DNA from: Opitutales bacterium
Lineage (GTDB): Bacteria; Verrucomicrobiota; Verrucomicrobiia; Opitutales; UBA2987
Assembly: GCA_965226885.1 (NCBI GenBank)
Contig: CBDDEL010000015.1
Span: forward strand, 256,001 to 320,000
DNA: 64,000 bases
Direction: 5' to 3'
Shown here one piece after another: positions 51,378 to 63,179 of this stretch (position 1 is its first letter; every line of letters begins with the position of its first letter). The notes below the pieces were generated by a model. The model made no database searches, had not been told where the DNA came from, and was given only the letters and a program-made list of their open reading frames with translations. The translations under genes and the position numbers were made by a program.

Positions 51378-52109
51378 ATGGGAGATGCGGCAATACTTTT
51401 ATGCGCCGGAAGCGGCCTGCGAATGAGAGGCGAGGTGGTGGATAAATCCCTTGCCCCTCTGCGGGGAAAACCGGCCATGCTTTATTCGCTCGAAGCATTT
51501 GCCAAAACCGAGAATATAAAGCTCGCTGCCATTGTTACACGAGACTCGGAACAACGGAAAAAAATTACGGATTTCATTGTGCAAATACAAGCAAAGGCCG
51601 AGGTGGATATCATCTGGGTTGATGGCGGTAAACGAAGGCAGGATTCAGTCGAAAATGCCCTCCGGAAGATTCCCGCCCGTATCCGAAATGTATTCATTCA
51701 CGATTGCGCCAGGCCGCTGATTCAAAGCCAAACTATCCGCGAATTAACCAAAATCGTAAACAGGGACAAAGGAGTTTGCCTGGCCCATAGAATAGTCGAT
51801 ACAATTAAGGAGGTGGATGGAAAATCGACAGATTTACGGTTATTAAACTTGAAGGACCGAGACCGTAGCCGGCTTTGGGGGATGGAAACACCACAAGTTT
51901 TTGGGCGCGATCTGATATGCGCGGCCTACGAACAATCGCAAAGAGAAGGATGGGAAATAACGGATGACGCTTCCGCTTTTATTCGCTCCGGGCATAGGGT
52001 TTCCCTGCTGGAAACTCCCTACCCCAATCCAAAATTGACTGTTCCCGAAGATATCGCCATTATAGAGCATTTATTGGCCAAAATCCAGATACCTTACGGA
52101 CTCGCTTAA
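51378..52109 (+). CDS. ispD: MEP cytidylyltransferase
   Basis: CAGSGLRM, GGKRRQDSV, IHDCARP, ETPQ, TDD. Confidence 0.93.
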   Translation: MGDAAILLCAGSGLRMRGEVVDKSLAPLRGKPAMLYSLEAFAKTENIKLAAIVTRDSEQRKKITDFIVQIQAKAEVDIIWVDGGKRRQDSVENALRKIPARIRNVFIHDCARPLIQSQTIRELTKIVNRDKGVCLAHRIVDTIKEVDGKSTDLRLLNLKDRDRSRLWGMETPQVFGRDLICAAYEQSQREGWEITDDASAFIRSGHRVSLLETPYPNPKLTVPEDIAIIEHLLAKIQIPYGLA

Positions 52110-52120
52110 AATTAATCACC

Positions 52121-52609
52121 ATGGCGGCTAAATATCGTGTAGGCAATGGTTACGATGTTCACCGGCTGACCACCGGCCGGCCGCTCATTCTGGGCGGCAT
52201 TCATATTCCTTTCAGTCAGGGTCTGGAAGGCCATTCCGATGCGGATTGCCTGACTCATGCCATTGCCGATTCTATTCTGGGCGCCGCCGGGCTGCCTGAC
52301 ATCGGCCATTATTTTCCGGATACGGACCCCCAATATAAAGGCATTGATTCCCGGGAAATTTTAAAACGGGCCTGCGCCGAGACCGCCCAACTGGGTTTTG
52401 CAATCGGCAATATCGACTCGGTAATCATCGCCGAGGCCCCCAAAATGGGGCCTCATCTAGCGGCCATGAAAGAAAGTCTGGCGGCCACCATGAAGATACC
52501 GATTGCGGCCATCGGCATCAAAGCCACCACCCATGAGAAACTGGGTGATTTGGGGAAAGGCCTGGGCATCGCCGTTCAGGCTGTAAGCCTTTTAGAATCC
52601 GTCAATTAA
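52121..52609 (+). CDS. ispF: MECDP synthase
   Basis: GYDVH, GHSDAD, DIGHYFPD, KATT. Confidence 0.95.
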   Translation: MAAKYRVGNGYDVHRLTTGRPLILGGIHIPFSQGLEGHSDADCLTHAIADSILGAAGLPDIGHYFPDTDPQYKGIDSREILKRACAETAQLGFAIGNIDSVIIAEAPKMGPHLAAMKESLAATMKIPIAAIGIKATTHEKLGDLGKGLGIAVQAVSLLESVN

Positions 52610-53000
52610 AGAACCGCTCAATCTCGGCCCTGGCATTTTCTGGGCTGTCCGATGCGTGGACAATATTTCGCATTTTACTGGTGCCCAAATCGCCCCGTAC
52701 GGTGCCTTTGGGGGCGATGGTTGAATCGGTGGGCCCGAGAAGCATGCGGACGCGGGCAACGATGTTGTCGCCTTCAAATATCATAAGCAAAACAGGGCAC
52801 GAACTCATGAATCCAACGATTTTGTCAAAAAAAGACAAATGAGTCAGATGAGCGTAATGCTCATTCAGGAGATCGTGGGTTAGGGTCATCATTTTGCTGT
52901 TGCAAATGGAGAAGCCCTCGGCCTCGAAACGCCGAATAACTTCCCCGGCGTACCCTTTCTGCATGCAATCCGGTTTAAATATAATGAGAGTTTTTTCCAT
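52602..53000 (-). CDS. ndk: Nucleoside diphosphate kinase
   Basis: KPD, GTVRGD, NIVHASDS. Confidence 0.95.
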   Translation of the reverse strand: MEKTLIIFKPDCMQKGYAGEVIRRFEAEGFSICNSKMMTLTHDLLNEHYAHLTHLSFFDKIVGFMSSCPVLLMIFEGDNIVARVRMLLGPTDSTIAPKGTVRGDLGTSKMRNIVHASDSPENARAEIERFFN

Positions 53001-54541
53001 AGAGGTCCAATTGGTTGGGAATGGGGTATGTAAGACCCTTTACCATATTGACAAGCCTTAAAAGCAACGTAATCGAAGACCTTTTTCAATTATTAACAGA
53101 CTGGATAAGTTTGTCCAAAGACTGGTCCAACATGCTGCCTTCCGGGGGATTCAATCTTTGCCTGGCCATTGCAGCCATGCTGCGAGCTTCGCGCCGATGG
53201 CCGGCGTTGGCAAGTTGATGGACAAACGGATAGACAATTCGGTCAAAAATATCCATTCCACCGGCTTGGCCGAATTGAATAAGGATGACGCGAAACTGCC
53301 GCAATTGCACATGCAGGGGATCGTTGCGGCCGCTTTCTTTTAATATGAGGGCGGCCTCCTGAATGCTCAGATCCATCCGTTCAGCTTTATTTTTGCTGAC
53401 CACGTGTCCTTTTTCGAGTCTTGCCCTGCTCAATTCACCCCGCGCCACGAGGCTTTCGTTTACCCGATTCAGGTAATAGGTTTCGAGGTCGGGGTAATTT
53501 GCGAAAACGCGCACCGCCCGGCGAAGGATGGTTTCGACATCCTTGGGGTCGTCACTGGTGCGGCGGGTCGTCTCGACCAAAATTTCCCAAGCCTGCTGAT
53601 TTCGCCGTTCGTAACGGAGCGCTTTTTCAGCCGCTTGCCTGGCCACATCGAGATCGGACATAGTGAGAAACTTGAAGGCGAAATTACTGTGGAAAACCGA
53701 CTGAATGTAATAATGGGTATGGCGAAAGCCCTCGGAAAGGAAAGCCAGGTCGTGATCGCTGATGTCGGCCCAGGTTTGGGGGTCGTGCGCATAGCCGGTC
53801 ACGTAGCGGTTTTCCCCATATCGGCCGGCATCAAACTCCCAGTGGCCGGAGGGCTGCAAATAGCCGAACCAGGCGTGCCGGCCGGTCAATCCGGCCCCTC
53901 GAAAAATAAGCGTGGGAATACCCTTTGCTTTGCCCGATTGGGAGGCGAAATAAGCTTGGTCCACGCAGATTCCCCCATTTTTTAGAATGGTCGGCAATCG
54001 GTAGTCGGACCCGTTCCAGACGAAGCGGTTTTGTTCGACGCGATCGATACGGTAGGCAACGCTACTGTAAACTTGCTTAAAATCGTCCGCCTTTTCTTTA
54101 ACATTTTGATGGGCCCAGCGCAATTCGTCGAAACCGGCCGGAGTATCGATCAGAAATTTCAGCTTTTCAACCGTCAAGAGGGTCAGGTTATGAGCGGAAA
54201 GCCGTTTTTCGTTCAGGTTTTTCAAATATTCAAAAGCGGCCGAAACCTCGGGCAGACGGCGCGGGAGCACGCGGTCCGGCACCTGAATGTGGGGCCAACC
54301 GGGAGGCGGAGGCACATCGTAAACAATAGACATGGCCACGGCCAGCCGCAGGTATTTTTTAAAGTGGACCGTGTATTCCCGGTAAAGCGATTCCAGAATT
54401 TTGAACGATTCCACCAGATTGTCGGCCGGATTAAGGAGACTGAAAAACTCCCTCGAAAAAGCGATATCCTTTAACAGGATAATTTTTAATTCCGGGGAGA
54501 GAAAGTCTCCCAAAACACCATCGCCGTAAGGATACTTCTTA

Positions 54542-55672
54542 TACCAAATCGCAAAAGGATTGATAAAGATTAAAAAACAGCTATAAAGGCGGAATGAGAA
54601 GATATATGGGAACCGATGAAGACCGTGAACGTATCAAGAAATTGCTCAACAAAGAGGCTGTCGGCTGGCGTAAAGAGCGTTTGGTGGCATTAAAAATGGG
54701 CTTCCAGCCGCACCACAGCATTGATGAAATTGGAGCCATCGTGGGCCGAGGCAAAGCGACGATCCAGCGTTGGTTTGACAAATATCGTGCTGCAGGGCTC
54801 GGGGCGGTGCTTACACGCGCCTACAAAGGCGGGATCAAAAGCCGTTGCGACAAAGAGGTGGAGGCCTTCTTGCTCAATGGTTTGAAGGTCGCGCGCTGGA
54901 ACACAGCCGTTCAGGCGGGGCAAGAGCTGGAGCGACATTTCGGGCGCTCCTTCGCCTACAAGACGGTGTGGCGATGGCTAAAAAAATGCGCCGGGGTGCT
55001 TCGAGTCCCTCGCCCCGTGCATGAGAAACGGGACTCGGCAAAAGCGGAAGCGTTCAAGCGAGACTTTTCTAAGATCCTCCAGGAGCTTTCCCTCACCCGA
55101 GGCAATCGGATTCGGGTGTGGTTTGCCGATGAAAGCCGTTTTGGTTTGCTTCCGGTGTACCGCCGGTGCTGGACGCAAAGAGGGCTTCGGCCGCACAAAA
55201 AATATCAGACAAGATACCAGTGGAGCTACTGTTACGGAGCCCTCGACGTGGTCAACGGCGAGATGGTATGCATCCAAACCCCTAGCACGAATCTACAGTG
55301 GACGGAGGCTTTCCTCCAACAGATCAAAAAGCAATATCCTGAGGAGGAACATGTGGTTGTATGGGACGGGGCAGGCTTCCATCCGCACGACTCGGAGCAC
55401 CCCAACGTCCCCCCGGGCATACATATCGTGAATTTGCCGCCGTATAGTCCTGAACTCAACCCGATTGAAAGACTTTGGGATATGATACAGGATCAAACGG
55501 CCAACAAACTGTGGCCGAGCATTGAGCGACTCGAAGAAGTCGTCGCAACCCATCTCAAAGACTGGTGGGAGGACACTGAAAAAGTCCTCTCTTTAGTTGG
55601 CGGAGGCTGGCAGCACATTCAAGCAAACGCTTCTGCCAAATAACTTATTATCATACCTAATGAGATTTGGTA
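54542..55672 (+). mobile_element. Complete IS630-family element
   Basis: TIR taccaaatc/gatttggta; (T)TA duplicated; right boundary ambiguous by 1 bp. Confidence 0.9.
54594..55643 (+). CDS. IS630-family transposase
   Basis: FADESRFG, WDGAGFH, LPPYSPELNPIE. Confidence 0.94.
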   Translation: MRRYMGTDEDRERIKKLLNKEAVGWRKERLVALKMGFQPHHSIDEIGAIVGRGKATIQRWFDKYRAAGLGAVLTRAYKGGIKSRCDKEVEAFLLNGLKVARWNTAVQAGQELERHFGRSFAYKTVWRWLKKCAGVLRVPRPVHEKRDSAKAEAFKRDFSKILQELSLTRGNRIRVWFADESRFGLLPVYRRCWTQRGLRPHKKYQTRYQWSYCYGALDVVNGEMVCIQTPSTNLQWTEAFLQQIKKQYPEEEHVVVWDGAGFHPHDSEHPNVPPGIHIVNLPPYSPELNPIERLWDMIQDQTANKLWPSIERLEEVVATHLKDWWEDTEKVLSLVGGGWQHIQANASAK

Positions 55673-56081
55673 TTAGTCATGTTGGCATGACCCAGGCGGG
55701 AGCGATTCATGTGCTCGATCCAGGCATTGATAAATCCGCCTTCATTTTTGGCGAAGAGGCGAGACCAGCGGTAAAGGAAATACCACTGCTCGGCATGTTC
55801 CTCCCCATTGCGGTAGGCTTCCAGGGCTATTTGCCGCAGGGCCAGGGCGGTCTTGGTCCAGCCTCTGTCCTGGCCCGTGCGGACAACTCGATCGACGCCT
55901 TGCCCAAATGGTGTGACGAAACCCATTTCGGCTCCCGGCGATTTCCCCAGGGCATTTGGCAAAAACAAGCCACCAATGATGACCCATACCGCAGTAAAAG
56001 CCGCAAAAGGCTGGAGTTGCCTTCTAAGATCAACCATAGTCGAAGGAGTCCTCGACAAGCGGACTTTTTAAATAAATGGGT

Positions 56082-58571
56082 TCAGGAAACCTTGGAAGCG
56101 GTTTGATCTTGCTTGAAGATGAGGTGGTCGCCCTCTTCATCGACCTCGACCCGGATGGGATCGCCTTTTTTGACGTCTCCCCGGAGGATGGCTTCGGCCA
56201 GTGGATCTTCCAAATGGCGCTCCACCGCCCGGCGCAGGGGCCGGGCGCCGTATTTTTCGTCGTAGCCGTTTTCGATCAGAAAGTCTTTTGCTTCGGCGCT
56301 GAACTCAAAAACGATTTCCCTTTCCTTCAACCTCTGGGCCACACTATCCAGTTCAAGATCGACGATTTTGAGCAGGTGTTTCTTGGTCAGAGTGCGGAAT
56401 ACGACAATTTCGTTCACCCGGTTGAGAAACTCGGGTTTGAAAATGCGCTTGGATTCTTCCAGGATTTTTTCTTTTACCTTTTCAAAGGCACCATCGTCCG
56501 GGCCGCCACCGCCAAATCCAAGGGAGTGGGATCTTTGTAAAATCTGGGCGCCCACATTGGAGGTCATAATGATGATGGTGTTGCGAAAATCGACGGCCCG
56601 TCCAAGGCTGTCGGTCAATCGCCCATCTTCCAGGATTTGCAAGAGCAACTGGACAACGTCGGGGTGGGCTTTTTCAATTTCGTCGAAGAGAACTACACAA
56701 TAGGGTTTTCTGCGAACGGTTTCGGTCAACTGCCCGCCTTCTTCGTAACCGACATAGCCGGGCGGCGATCCGATGAGCCGGGAAACAGAAAATTTTTCCA
56801 TATATTCGGACATGTCGATCTGCACGATGGCATCCTGCTCACCGAACATTTTCTCCGCCAGGACTTTGGCCAAATGGGTCTTGCCTACCCCGGTGGGACC
56901 CAAAAACAGAAAGGAGCCGATAGGCCGGCGCGGATCCTTGAGATCGGCGCGAGAGCGGCGCAAGGCCCGCCCGATGACCTCCGTGGCGGGGTTCTGGCCT
57001 ACCACAAAGTACTGTAAATCTGCTTCCAGCTTGAGCAGTTTGGCGGTTTCCTTTTCCTCCATGCGGCTGAGGGGAATGCCCGTCCAACCGGAAACGATCT
57101 GCAGCATCTCGTCCTCGTCCACCGTAATGGGCGTTTCTTCGCGGGTTTTCTTCCACTCCTGCAGAGCGGCTTCGCGCTTGGCCCGTAATTGTTTTTCCTC
57201 GTCGCGGTACTTGGCCGCCTCCTCGAAATGCTGTTTGCTGATGGCTTCTTCTTTTTGCTGGCAAACTTCCTCGATTTTGTGGCCCATTTCCTCGATTTCA
57301 GGAGGCCGGTTGAGAGAATCGATGCGGGCCCGGGCTCCGGATTCATCCAGCACGTCGATCGCTTTGTCCGGCAGGTAGCGACCGGTGACGTAGCGGTTGG
57401 ACAACTTGGCGGCCGCCTCGATGGCTTTGACGGTGTAGGTGACCTTGTGGTGCTCCTCGTATTTGTGGCGTATGCCGTGGAGGATTTTAATGGTATCATC
57501 GACGGACGGAGCATCAACTATGACGCTCTGGAAACGGCGATCAAGTGCGCTGTCCTTCTCGATGTGCTTTCGGTATTCCCCCAAGGTGGTGGCCCCGATG
57601 CACTGCAACTCTCCCCTCGAAAGGGCAGGCTTGAAAATATTGGAGGCATCCATGGCCCCTTCGGCCGCCCCGGCTCCCACAATGGTGTGCAATTCGTCGA
57701 TAAAAATGATGACGTTTTTAGCCCTGCGGATTTCGTCCATGACGGCTTTGATGCGCTCCTCAAACTGACCGCGGTATTTGGTTCCGGCCACCATGAGAGC
57801 CAAGTCGAGGGTGATCACCTTCTTGTCGGCCAGAATTTCCGGCACCAGATCGTTGGAGATTTCCTGGGCAAGACCTTCCACGATGGCGGTCTTGCCGACG
57901 CCAGCCTCCCCGATGAGCACGGGGTTGTTTTTGGTGCGCCGGCAGAGAATCTGGATGACTCGGCGTATTTCCTGTTTGCGGCCGATTACCGGATCGAGTT
58001 CCTTATTGCGGGCAAGCTCCGTCAAGTCGCGCCCGAAGGCCTTCAAGGCCGGTGTTTTTACCTCCTTTTTCTCCTCCCCACCGATTCCGGCAGTGGAGGG
58101 AATGGCCTCTTCATGGTCGCCCGTAAAATTGGGATCCAATTCGCTTAAAATTTCGTTGCGGCAACGCTCAATGTCCACATCGAGGCTTTTCAGAACCCGC
58201 GCCGCCACGCCCGCGCCTTCACGCAAAAGGCCGAGCAGGATGTGCTCGGTGCCGACATAGCTATGGTTCAAGGCACGGGCTTCTTTTCCGGCCAGGGCGA
58301 GCACTTTTTTCACCCTGGGGGTATAGGGAATGTTGCCAGTGGGCTTGGATTCCGGGCCTTTGCCGACCTGCTTTTCCACCGCCGAGCGCACGGTTTCCAA
58401 ATCCAGTCCCATTTTTTGAAGGACATTGACGGCGACTCCCTGCCCCAGATTGATCAATCCGAGCAGAAGGTGTTCGGTCCCCACATAATTATGATGGAAC
58501 CGGTCCGCTTCTTTGCGGGCCAGGGCCAAAACCTGCTGGGCTCTGGGTGTAAAATTATTCATCGGTTCCAT
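56082..58571 (-). CDS. clpC: ATP-dependent Clp protease ATP-binding subunit ClpC
   Basis: Two Clp-N repeats, [11 protein letters not shown]-like [24 protein letters not shown]. Confidence 0.96.
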   Translation of the reverse strand: MEPMNNFTPRAQQVLALARKEADRFHHNYVGTEHLLLGLINLGQGVAVNVLQKMGLDLETVRSAVEKQVGKGPESKPTGNIPYTPRVKKVLALAGKEARALNHSYVGTEHILLGLLREGAGVAARVLKSLDVDIERCRNEILSELDPNFTGDHEEAIPSTAGIGGEEKKEVKTPALKAFGRDLTELARNKELDPVIGRKQEIRRVIQILCRRTKNNPVLIGEAGVGKTAIVEGLAQEISNDLVPEILADKKVITLDLALMVAGTKYRGQFEERIKAVMDEIRRAKNVIIFIDELHTIVGAGAAEGAMDASNIFKPALSRGELQCIGATTLGEYRKHIEKDSALDRRFQSVIVDAPSVDDTIKILHGIRHKYEEHHKVTYTVKAIEAAAKLSNRYVTGRYLPDKAIDVLDESGARARIDSLNRPPEIEEMGHKIEEVCQQKEEAISKQHFEEAAKYRDEEKQLRAKREAALQEWKKTREETPITVDEDEMLQIVSGWTGIPLSRMEEKETAKLLKLEADLQYFVVGQNPATEVIGRALRRSRADLKDPRRPIGSFLFLGPTGVGKTHLAKVLAEKMFGEQDAIVQIDMSEYMEKFSVSRLIGSPPGYVGYEEGGQLTETVRRKPYCVVLFDEIEKAHPDVVQLLLQILEDGRLTDSLGRAVDFRNTIIIMTSNVGAQILQRSHSLGFGGGGPDDGAFEKVKEKILEESKRIFKPEFLNRVNEIVVFRTLTKKHLLKIVDLELDSVAQRLKEREIVFEFSAEAKDFLIENGYDEKYGARPLRRAVERHLEDPLAEAILRGDVKKGDPIRVEVDEEGDHLIFKQDQTASKVS

Positions 58572-58598
58572 TGGCATGATTACTGGTATATAGAAAAT

Positions 58599-59678
58599 TT
58601 ATTTTAGTTTGTCAAAATTAAGTGTCGGCCATGTCGATAATTGTTCTCGAATATACGTTGCCCGGTGTTCATCGCGTTCTTCCGGAGCGCCCTTCCCCCG
58701 GCAGGCATATTGGATATGCCCTGGTTGGCTCTCAATCATAATTCGATCCACGCTGCGGCGGAACTTGCTCGGAAACAGGTCCAGATCGACAGCCAGCCTG
58801 AGCAGGGAGAGCAGTTTCATGGTTTCCGCTGAACTGAGGATATGACTGTGCTGCAAAACCCCGTAGGCGCGTCCGATTTTATCGCAAATTTTTGCCCGTT
58901 CTTTTTCCAACAGAACCAGCCGGGCATTCTTTTCCTGTTCCAATACGGAGGTCAGGACATTGTGCAGCCGGGCATATATATCCTCTTCGCTCTCTCCCAG
59001 AGTCTGCTGGTTGGAAATCTGAAAAATGCTTCCGCTGGCATCGGAGCCTTCGCCGAAGAGTCCGCGCACCGCTATGCCCAGTTGGTTAACGGCCCTTACC
59101 ACTTTTTCCATCTGGCTGGACAAAACGAGGCCGGGCAGGTGCATCATGGCCGAGCAGCGCAATCCCGTACCGACATTGGTGGGGCAAGCGGTTAAATAAC
59201 CCAAATCGCAGGAGAATGCGTAATCCAAATCCTCCTCCAATTTTGAATCGACCAAATTAACGGCCTCCCAAAGTTGCTGGAATTGAAATCCTCTGCTCAC
59301 CAACTGTATGCGCAAGTGGTCTTCTTCGTTGACCATGATCGAGAGAGTCTGGTCCTGGCTGATGCAAACGCCGGCGCCTTCCCGGCAGCCCATCAGCTCG
59401 CGGCTGATCAGCCGCCTTTCCATCAAAATTTGTTTTTCCAGGTCCTCCAGGTCTTCAATGGCCAGCGAATCGCTATTTTCCATTTCAGACAATTTGCCCA
59501 AGGCATTGAGACATGAGGACAAAATGTCCTTCTTTTGAGACTTTTTGGCCCACCCCGGAAAAGGGTATTTTTCCAGGTTGCGGGCAAGCCTTACTCTTGT
59601 GCTGATGACCACGGGCGTACCTTCCCCAAGGGCCTCGGCCAAGGCGCCCGGATTTTCAAGTATGCGGTCAATTTTCAT
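58599..59678 (-). CDS. mcsB: Protein-arginine kinase
   Basis: RVRLARN, NEEDH, CPTNVGTG. Confidence 0.93.
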   Translation of the reverse strand: MKIDRILENPGALAEALGEGTPVVISTRVRLARNLEKYPFPGWAKKSQKKDILSSCLNALGKLSEMENSDSLAIEDLEDLEKQILMERRLISRELMGCREGAGVCISQDQTLSIMVNEEDHLRIQLVSRGFQFQQLWEAVNLVDSKLEEDLDYAFSCDLGYLTACPTNVGTGLRCSAMMHLPGLVLSSQMEKVVRAVNQLGIAVRGLFGEGSDASGSIFQISNQQTLGESEEDIYARLHNVLTSVLEQEKNARLVLLEKERAKICDKIGRAYGVLQHSHILSSAETMKLLSLLRLAVDLDLFPSKFRRSVDRIMIESQPGHIQYACRGKGAPEERDEHRATYIREQLSTWPTLNFDKLK

Positions 59679-60199
59679 TTTTCTCCGATTTCAGCGGCAG
59701 TTTGGGATGTTTTTTTCAGGTTTTCGATTTTGTCGCGGCAAACGGCAGCATCTTCGTATCTCTCCTCTTTAACGGCAATATTCAGCTCGCCTTCTAGCTT
59801 TTGTAATTGTTTGTTAAAATTTAGATGTTCGAGCGAGCGATGGGGAATTTTCCCCTGGTGCGAAATGCTTTTATGCATTTTCGCCAACATGGGTTCTATC
59901 AATGGCTTAAGGTAATCGTAACAGTCCGGGCAGCCAAGCCGTCCATGTCGATTGAAATCGTTTGAAGAAAGGCCGCAACGCTTGCAGATTATCGATTTTT
60001 CAAGGGAAATTGTTTCCAGTTTTTGGCCGGAGGAAGGAGCAAAAAGGTCTTCCAGGGAAAAAACATCCGGGTCGGTCATTCCTTTGGCCTCCGCGCAATC
60101 CTCACAAAGATGGATTTTGTGGATTTTATTATGGGCAATTTGCGTCAGGTGAACCGTGGCCGCCTGATCGCATACCTGGCATTGAATGGGCTCTCCCAT
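59675..60199 (-). CDS. mcsA: McsA activator (CxxC motifs plus UVR domain)
   Basis: Four CxxC motifs, GRLGC, ERYEDAAVCRD. Confidence 0.9.
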   Translation of the reverse strand: MGEPIQCQVCDQAATVHLTQIAHNKIHKIHLCEDCAEAKGMTDPDVFSLEDLFAPSSGQKLETISLEKSIICKRCGLSSNDFNRHGRLGCPDCYDYLKPLIEPMLAKMHKSISHQGKIPHRSLEHLNFNKQLQKLEGELNIAVKEERYEDAAVCRDKIENLKKTSQTAAEIGEK

Positions 60200-60374
60200 G
60201 ATAAGTTTATGAATTGAGGGCTGCCGATTGTGTTCGTTCAAATGAGTATTACCCTGTTAATATTTAATATTTCTTCTCTCCTTTCAAATACAATGAGCAA
60301 AAATTGGGCCAAAATATTTCATGGGCCGCAACAAGTATTAAAGACCTTTCTACATCGGCATAAGACACCGCTGC

Positions 60375-61247
60375 CTAAAGAAATGTGCCATTGCCATCAT
60401 GGGTAGCTAAATTTTTGTAGGTTTCCATAAATTGGATGGTTACTGGGCCGGGTAAGCCGTTTCCCATTTTGCGCCCGTCAATCTCCGTTACCGGCACTAC
60501 TTCAGCTGCCGTGCCGGTGATGAAACATTCTTGCGCCACCCAAAGGTCATAACGGGTAAGGTTGGTTTCAACCACTTCGATACCGCTCTCCCGGGCCATG
60601 TCTATAACCACTTGCCTGGTTATGCCCAGCAGCGCTCCGGCATAGGACGGCGGGGTGTAAACGATTCCTTTTTGCGCGATGAACAGGTTCTCGGTGGTGC
60701 ATTCGCTGACATAACCCTGGTCGTTCATCATGATGGCCTCCATGCAGCCTGCGTTGATCGCCTCAATTTTGGCCAGGATATTGTTGAGGTAATTGAGGGA
60801 CTTAATGTTCGAGGGCAAGGAACCGGGACCGTTGCGCCGCGTTGGAACTGTTATTATTTTCAACCCTTCGGTGTAATATTCTTCCGGAAAAAGCTGAATG
60901 GCATCAGCGATCACGATGAGCTGAGGGTCCTTGCATTTAAAGGGATTGAGCCCCAAAGTTCCACGGCCCCGGGTGACCACGAGCCGGATATATCCATCTG
61001 TAATGCCATTGCCGCGGCAGGTATCGCAAACGGCCTCGGCGATCTCCTGGCGGCTCCAGGGCAGCCCCAACAAGATAGCCTTTGCCGAATACTCCAGCCG
61101 CTCAAGGTGCGCATCGAGCTTGAAAACACACTTGTTATAAACACGAATCCCCTCGAAAACGCCATATCCATAAAGAAGGCCATGGTCGAATACGGATACC
61201 CGCGCCTCTTCCTCATCCACTAATTTACCGTTCAGAAAAACTTTCAT
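60375..61247 (-). CDS. ilvE: Branched-chain amino acid aminotransferase
   Basis: DHGLLYGYGVFEGIR, KSLNY, LGITR, TGTAAEV. Confidence 0.94.
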   Translation of the reverse strand: MKVFLNGKLVDEEEARVSVFDHGLLYGYGVFEGIRVYNKCVFKLDAHLERLEYSAKAILLGLPWSRQEIAEAVCDTCRGNGITDGYIRLVVTRGRGTLGLNPFKCKDPQLIVIADAIQLFPEEYYTEGLKIITVPTRRNGPGSLPSNIKSLNYLNNILAKIEAINAGCMEAIMMNDQGYVSECTTENLFIAQKGIVYTPPSYAGALLGITRQVVIDMARESGIEVVETNLTRYDLWVAQECFITGTAAEVVPVTEIDGRKMGNGLPGPVTIQFMETYKNLATHDGNGTFL

Positions 61248-61421
61248 TGCATCATTATCGAATTTATATGTGAAAATAGGGATTTTTGATAGAATTTCAT
61301 CGTTTGTCTAGCGAGAATGAAAAGCATTACCGGAGATGAATTGCAACACCGCATAAGATTTTCAATAATTTAAACAATTGATCTATAGAACTTTAGAACA
61401 CCATATTATAAATTATAAATT

Positions 61422-62582
61422 ATGAAAAACACTTCAGTCGGTCTCATCGGTTGCGGAAAAATCAGTTCGGCCTACATCGAATGCATCGAAAATTTCGATC
61501 ATTTGCAATTGAGGGCCTGCGCCGATATCAATCCCGCAGCATCCAGGGAAAAAGCGCAGGAATACAGCATTCCCAAGGCTTGCCCAGTTGAAGAACTGCT
61601 TGATGATCCTGGCATCGACATCGTCCTCAATCTCACCATCCCCGCGGCACATGCCGGGGTGTCTAAAGCCGCCCTTCTCAAAGGCAAACACGTTTATTGT
61701 GAAAAACCCTTGGCCCTGAACCGCCGCGATGGCCGGGAATTGCTCGCATTGGCCGCCCGAAACGGTCTTCGCATCGGCTGCGCCCCAGATACCTTTCTGG
61801 GCAGTGGCCTACAAACCTGCCGACTATTAATTGATAGCGGCGCCATCGGCGAACCGCATGCCGCCACCGCCTTCATGGCCGGCCCCGGGCCGGAAAGTTG
61901 GCACCCTAATCCCTCTTTTTACTACCAGAAAGGAGGTGGACCGCTTTTCGATATGGGACCCTATTATTTGACTGCCCTGGTTTTTCTCCTCGGACCGGCT
62001 AAACGGGTGACGGCAATTTCACAAATTTCCATGCCCGAAAGAGTGGCAACCTGTGAAGAACAATATGGATTGCACATAAAAGTAGAGACCCCCACCCACT
62101 ACAGCGGCCTCCTTGAATTTGAATGCGGCGCCCTCATCACCACCATGTTCACCTTCGACGCCATGGGCCGCGCAACTCATCCGCATATGGAAATCTATGG
62201 GAGCAAGGGAACCCTCATTTGCCCCAATCCCAATAAATTCGACGACCCCGTCCTCCTGAAAACATCAACAGATGAAGAATGGCAAAACATTGAGCACACC
62301 CACAACCACTTTTCCGGCAGAGGAATAGGCCTGGCCGATATGGCCCGTTCTATTGATGAAAATCGCCTCCACCGGGCCAATGACCAATTGGCCTATCACA
62401 TTCTGGACATCATGCAGGGATTCGACGAATCCAGCCAAAACCGCCAACCCCTGGAAATCCAAAGCACCTGCCTCAAATCCGAACCCCTGCCGCCTGATTT
62501 CTCCGCTGAGGACTGGCTTCTTCCCAAACCAAAACCGGAACCGGAGGAAGCACCCGGTGCCGCTTCGAGTGAAAATGCTTGA
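61422..62582 (+). CDS. Gfo/Idh/MocA oxidoreductase
   Basis: GCGKIS, CEKP, CAPDTFLG, GGGPLFDMGPYY. Confidence 0.9.
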   Translation: MKNTSVGLIGCGKISSAYIECIENFDHLQLRACADINPAASREKAQEYSIPKACPVEELLDDPGIDIVLNLTIPAAHAGVSKAALLKGKHVYCEKPLALNRRDGRELLALAARNGLRIGCAPDTFLGSGLQTCRLLIDSGAIGEPHAATAFMAGPGPESWHPNPSFYYQKGGGPLFDMGPYYLTALVFLLGPAKRVTAISQISMPERVATCEEQYGLHIKVETPTHYSGLLEFECGALITTMFTFDAMGRATHPHMEIYGSKGTLICPNPNKFDDPVLLKTSTDEEWQNIEHTHNHFSGRGIGLADMARSIDENRLHRANDQLAYHILDIMQGFDESSQNRQPLEIQSTCLKSEPLPPDFSAEDWLLPKPKPEPEEAPGAASSENA

Positions 62583-62748
62583 AATAGTCATTAATAAGAC
62601 GAATATATAGTAGTTGCTAGGTAGGATAACTCAAAAGCAAATAGTTCTTTGAAGTTGGCGCCGCAAACTGCCCTTCATCCCATAATTGAAAAAGCGAGAT
62701 AAAATAACCGCTGTTTTCACCAAAAAATTTAAAGCAAAACACTTTCAT

Positions 62749-63108
<360 letters not shown>

Positions 63109-63179
63109 TAAATATTTTATAATCTATTGATTATTGATCGGACCCCATCTTTGCTACCACTTTAAGTGAGAGTCTTTCC

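Larger units (their letters stand above)
53086..56058 (-). pseudogene. Exported hypothetical protein with transglutaminase-like motifs, split by IS630
   Basis: Removing 1134 bp rejoins ...HANMT-KKYPYGD in frame; GGICVDQ, HAW, WEFD. Confidence 0.8.

Noticed and set aside
57189..58148. 319-aa plus-strand ORF and similar antisense ORFs (19444-20301, 20593-21381, 38110-38838)
   Set aside because: They lie opposite well-supported genes; typical codon-bias shadows
50334..61423. 6-7 bp repeats (aactct x2 near 50334, taatatt x2 near 60258, attataa near 61405)
   Set aside because: Expected by chance in AT-rich spacers; not counted with the longer duplications
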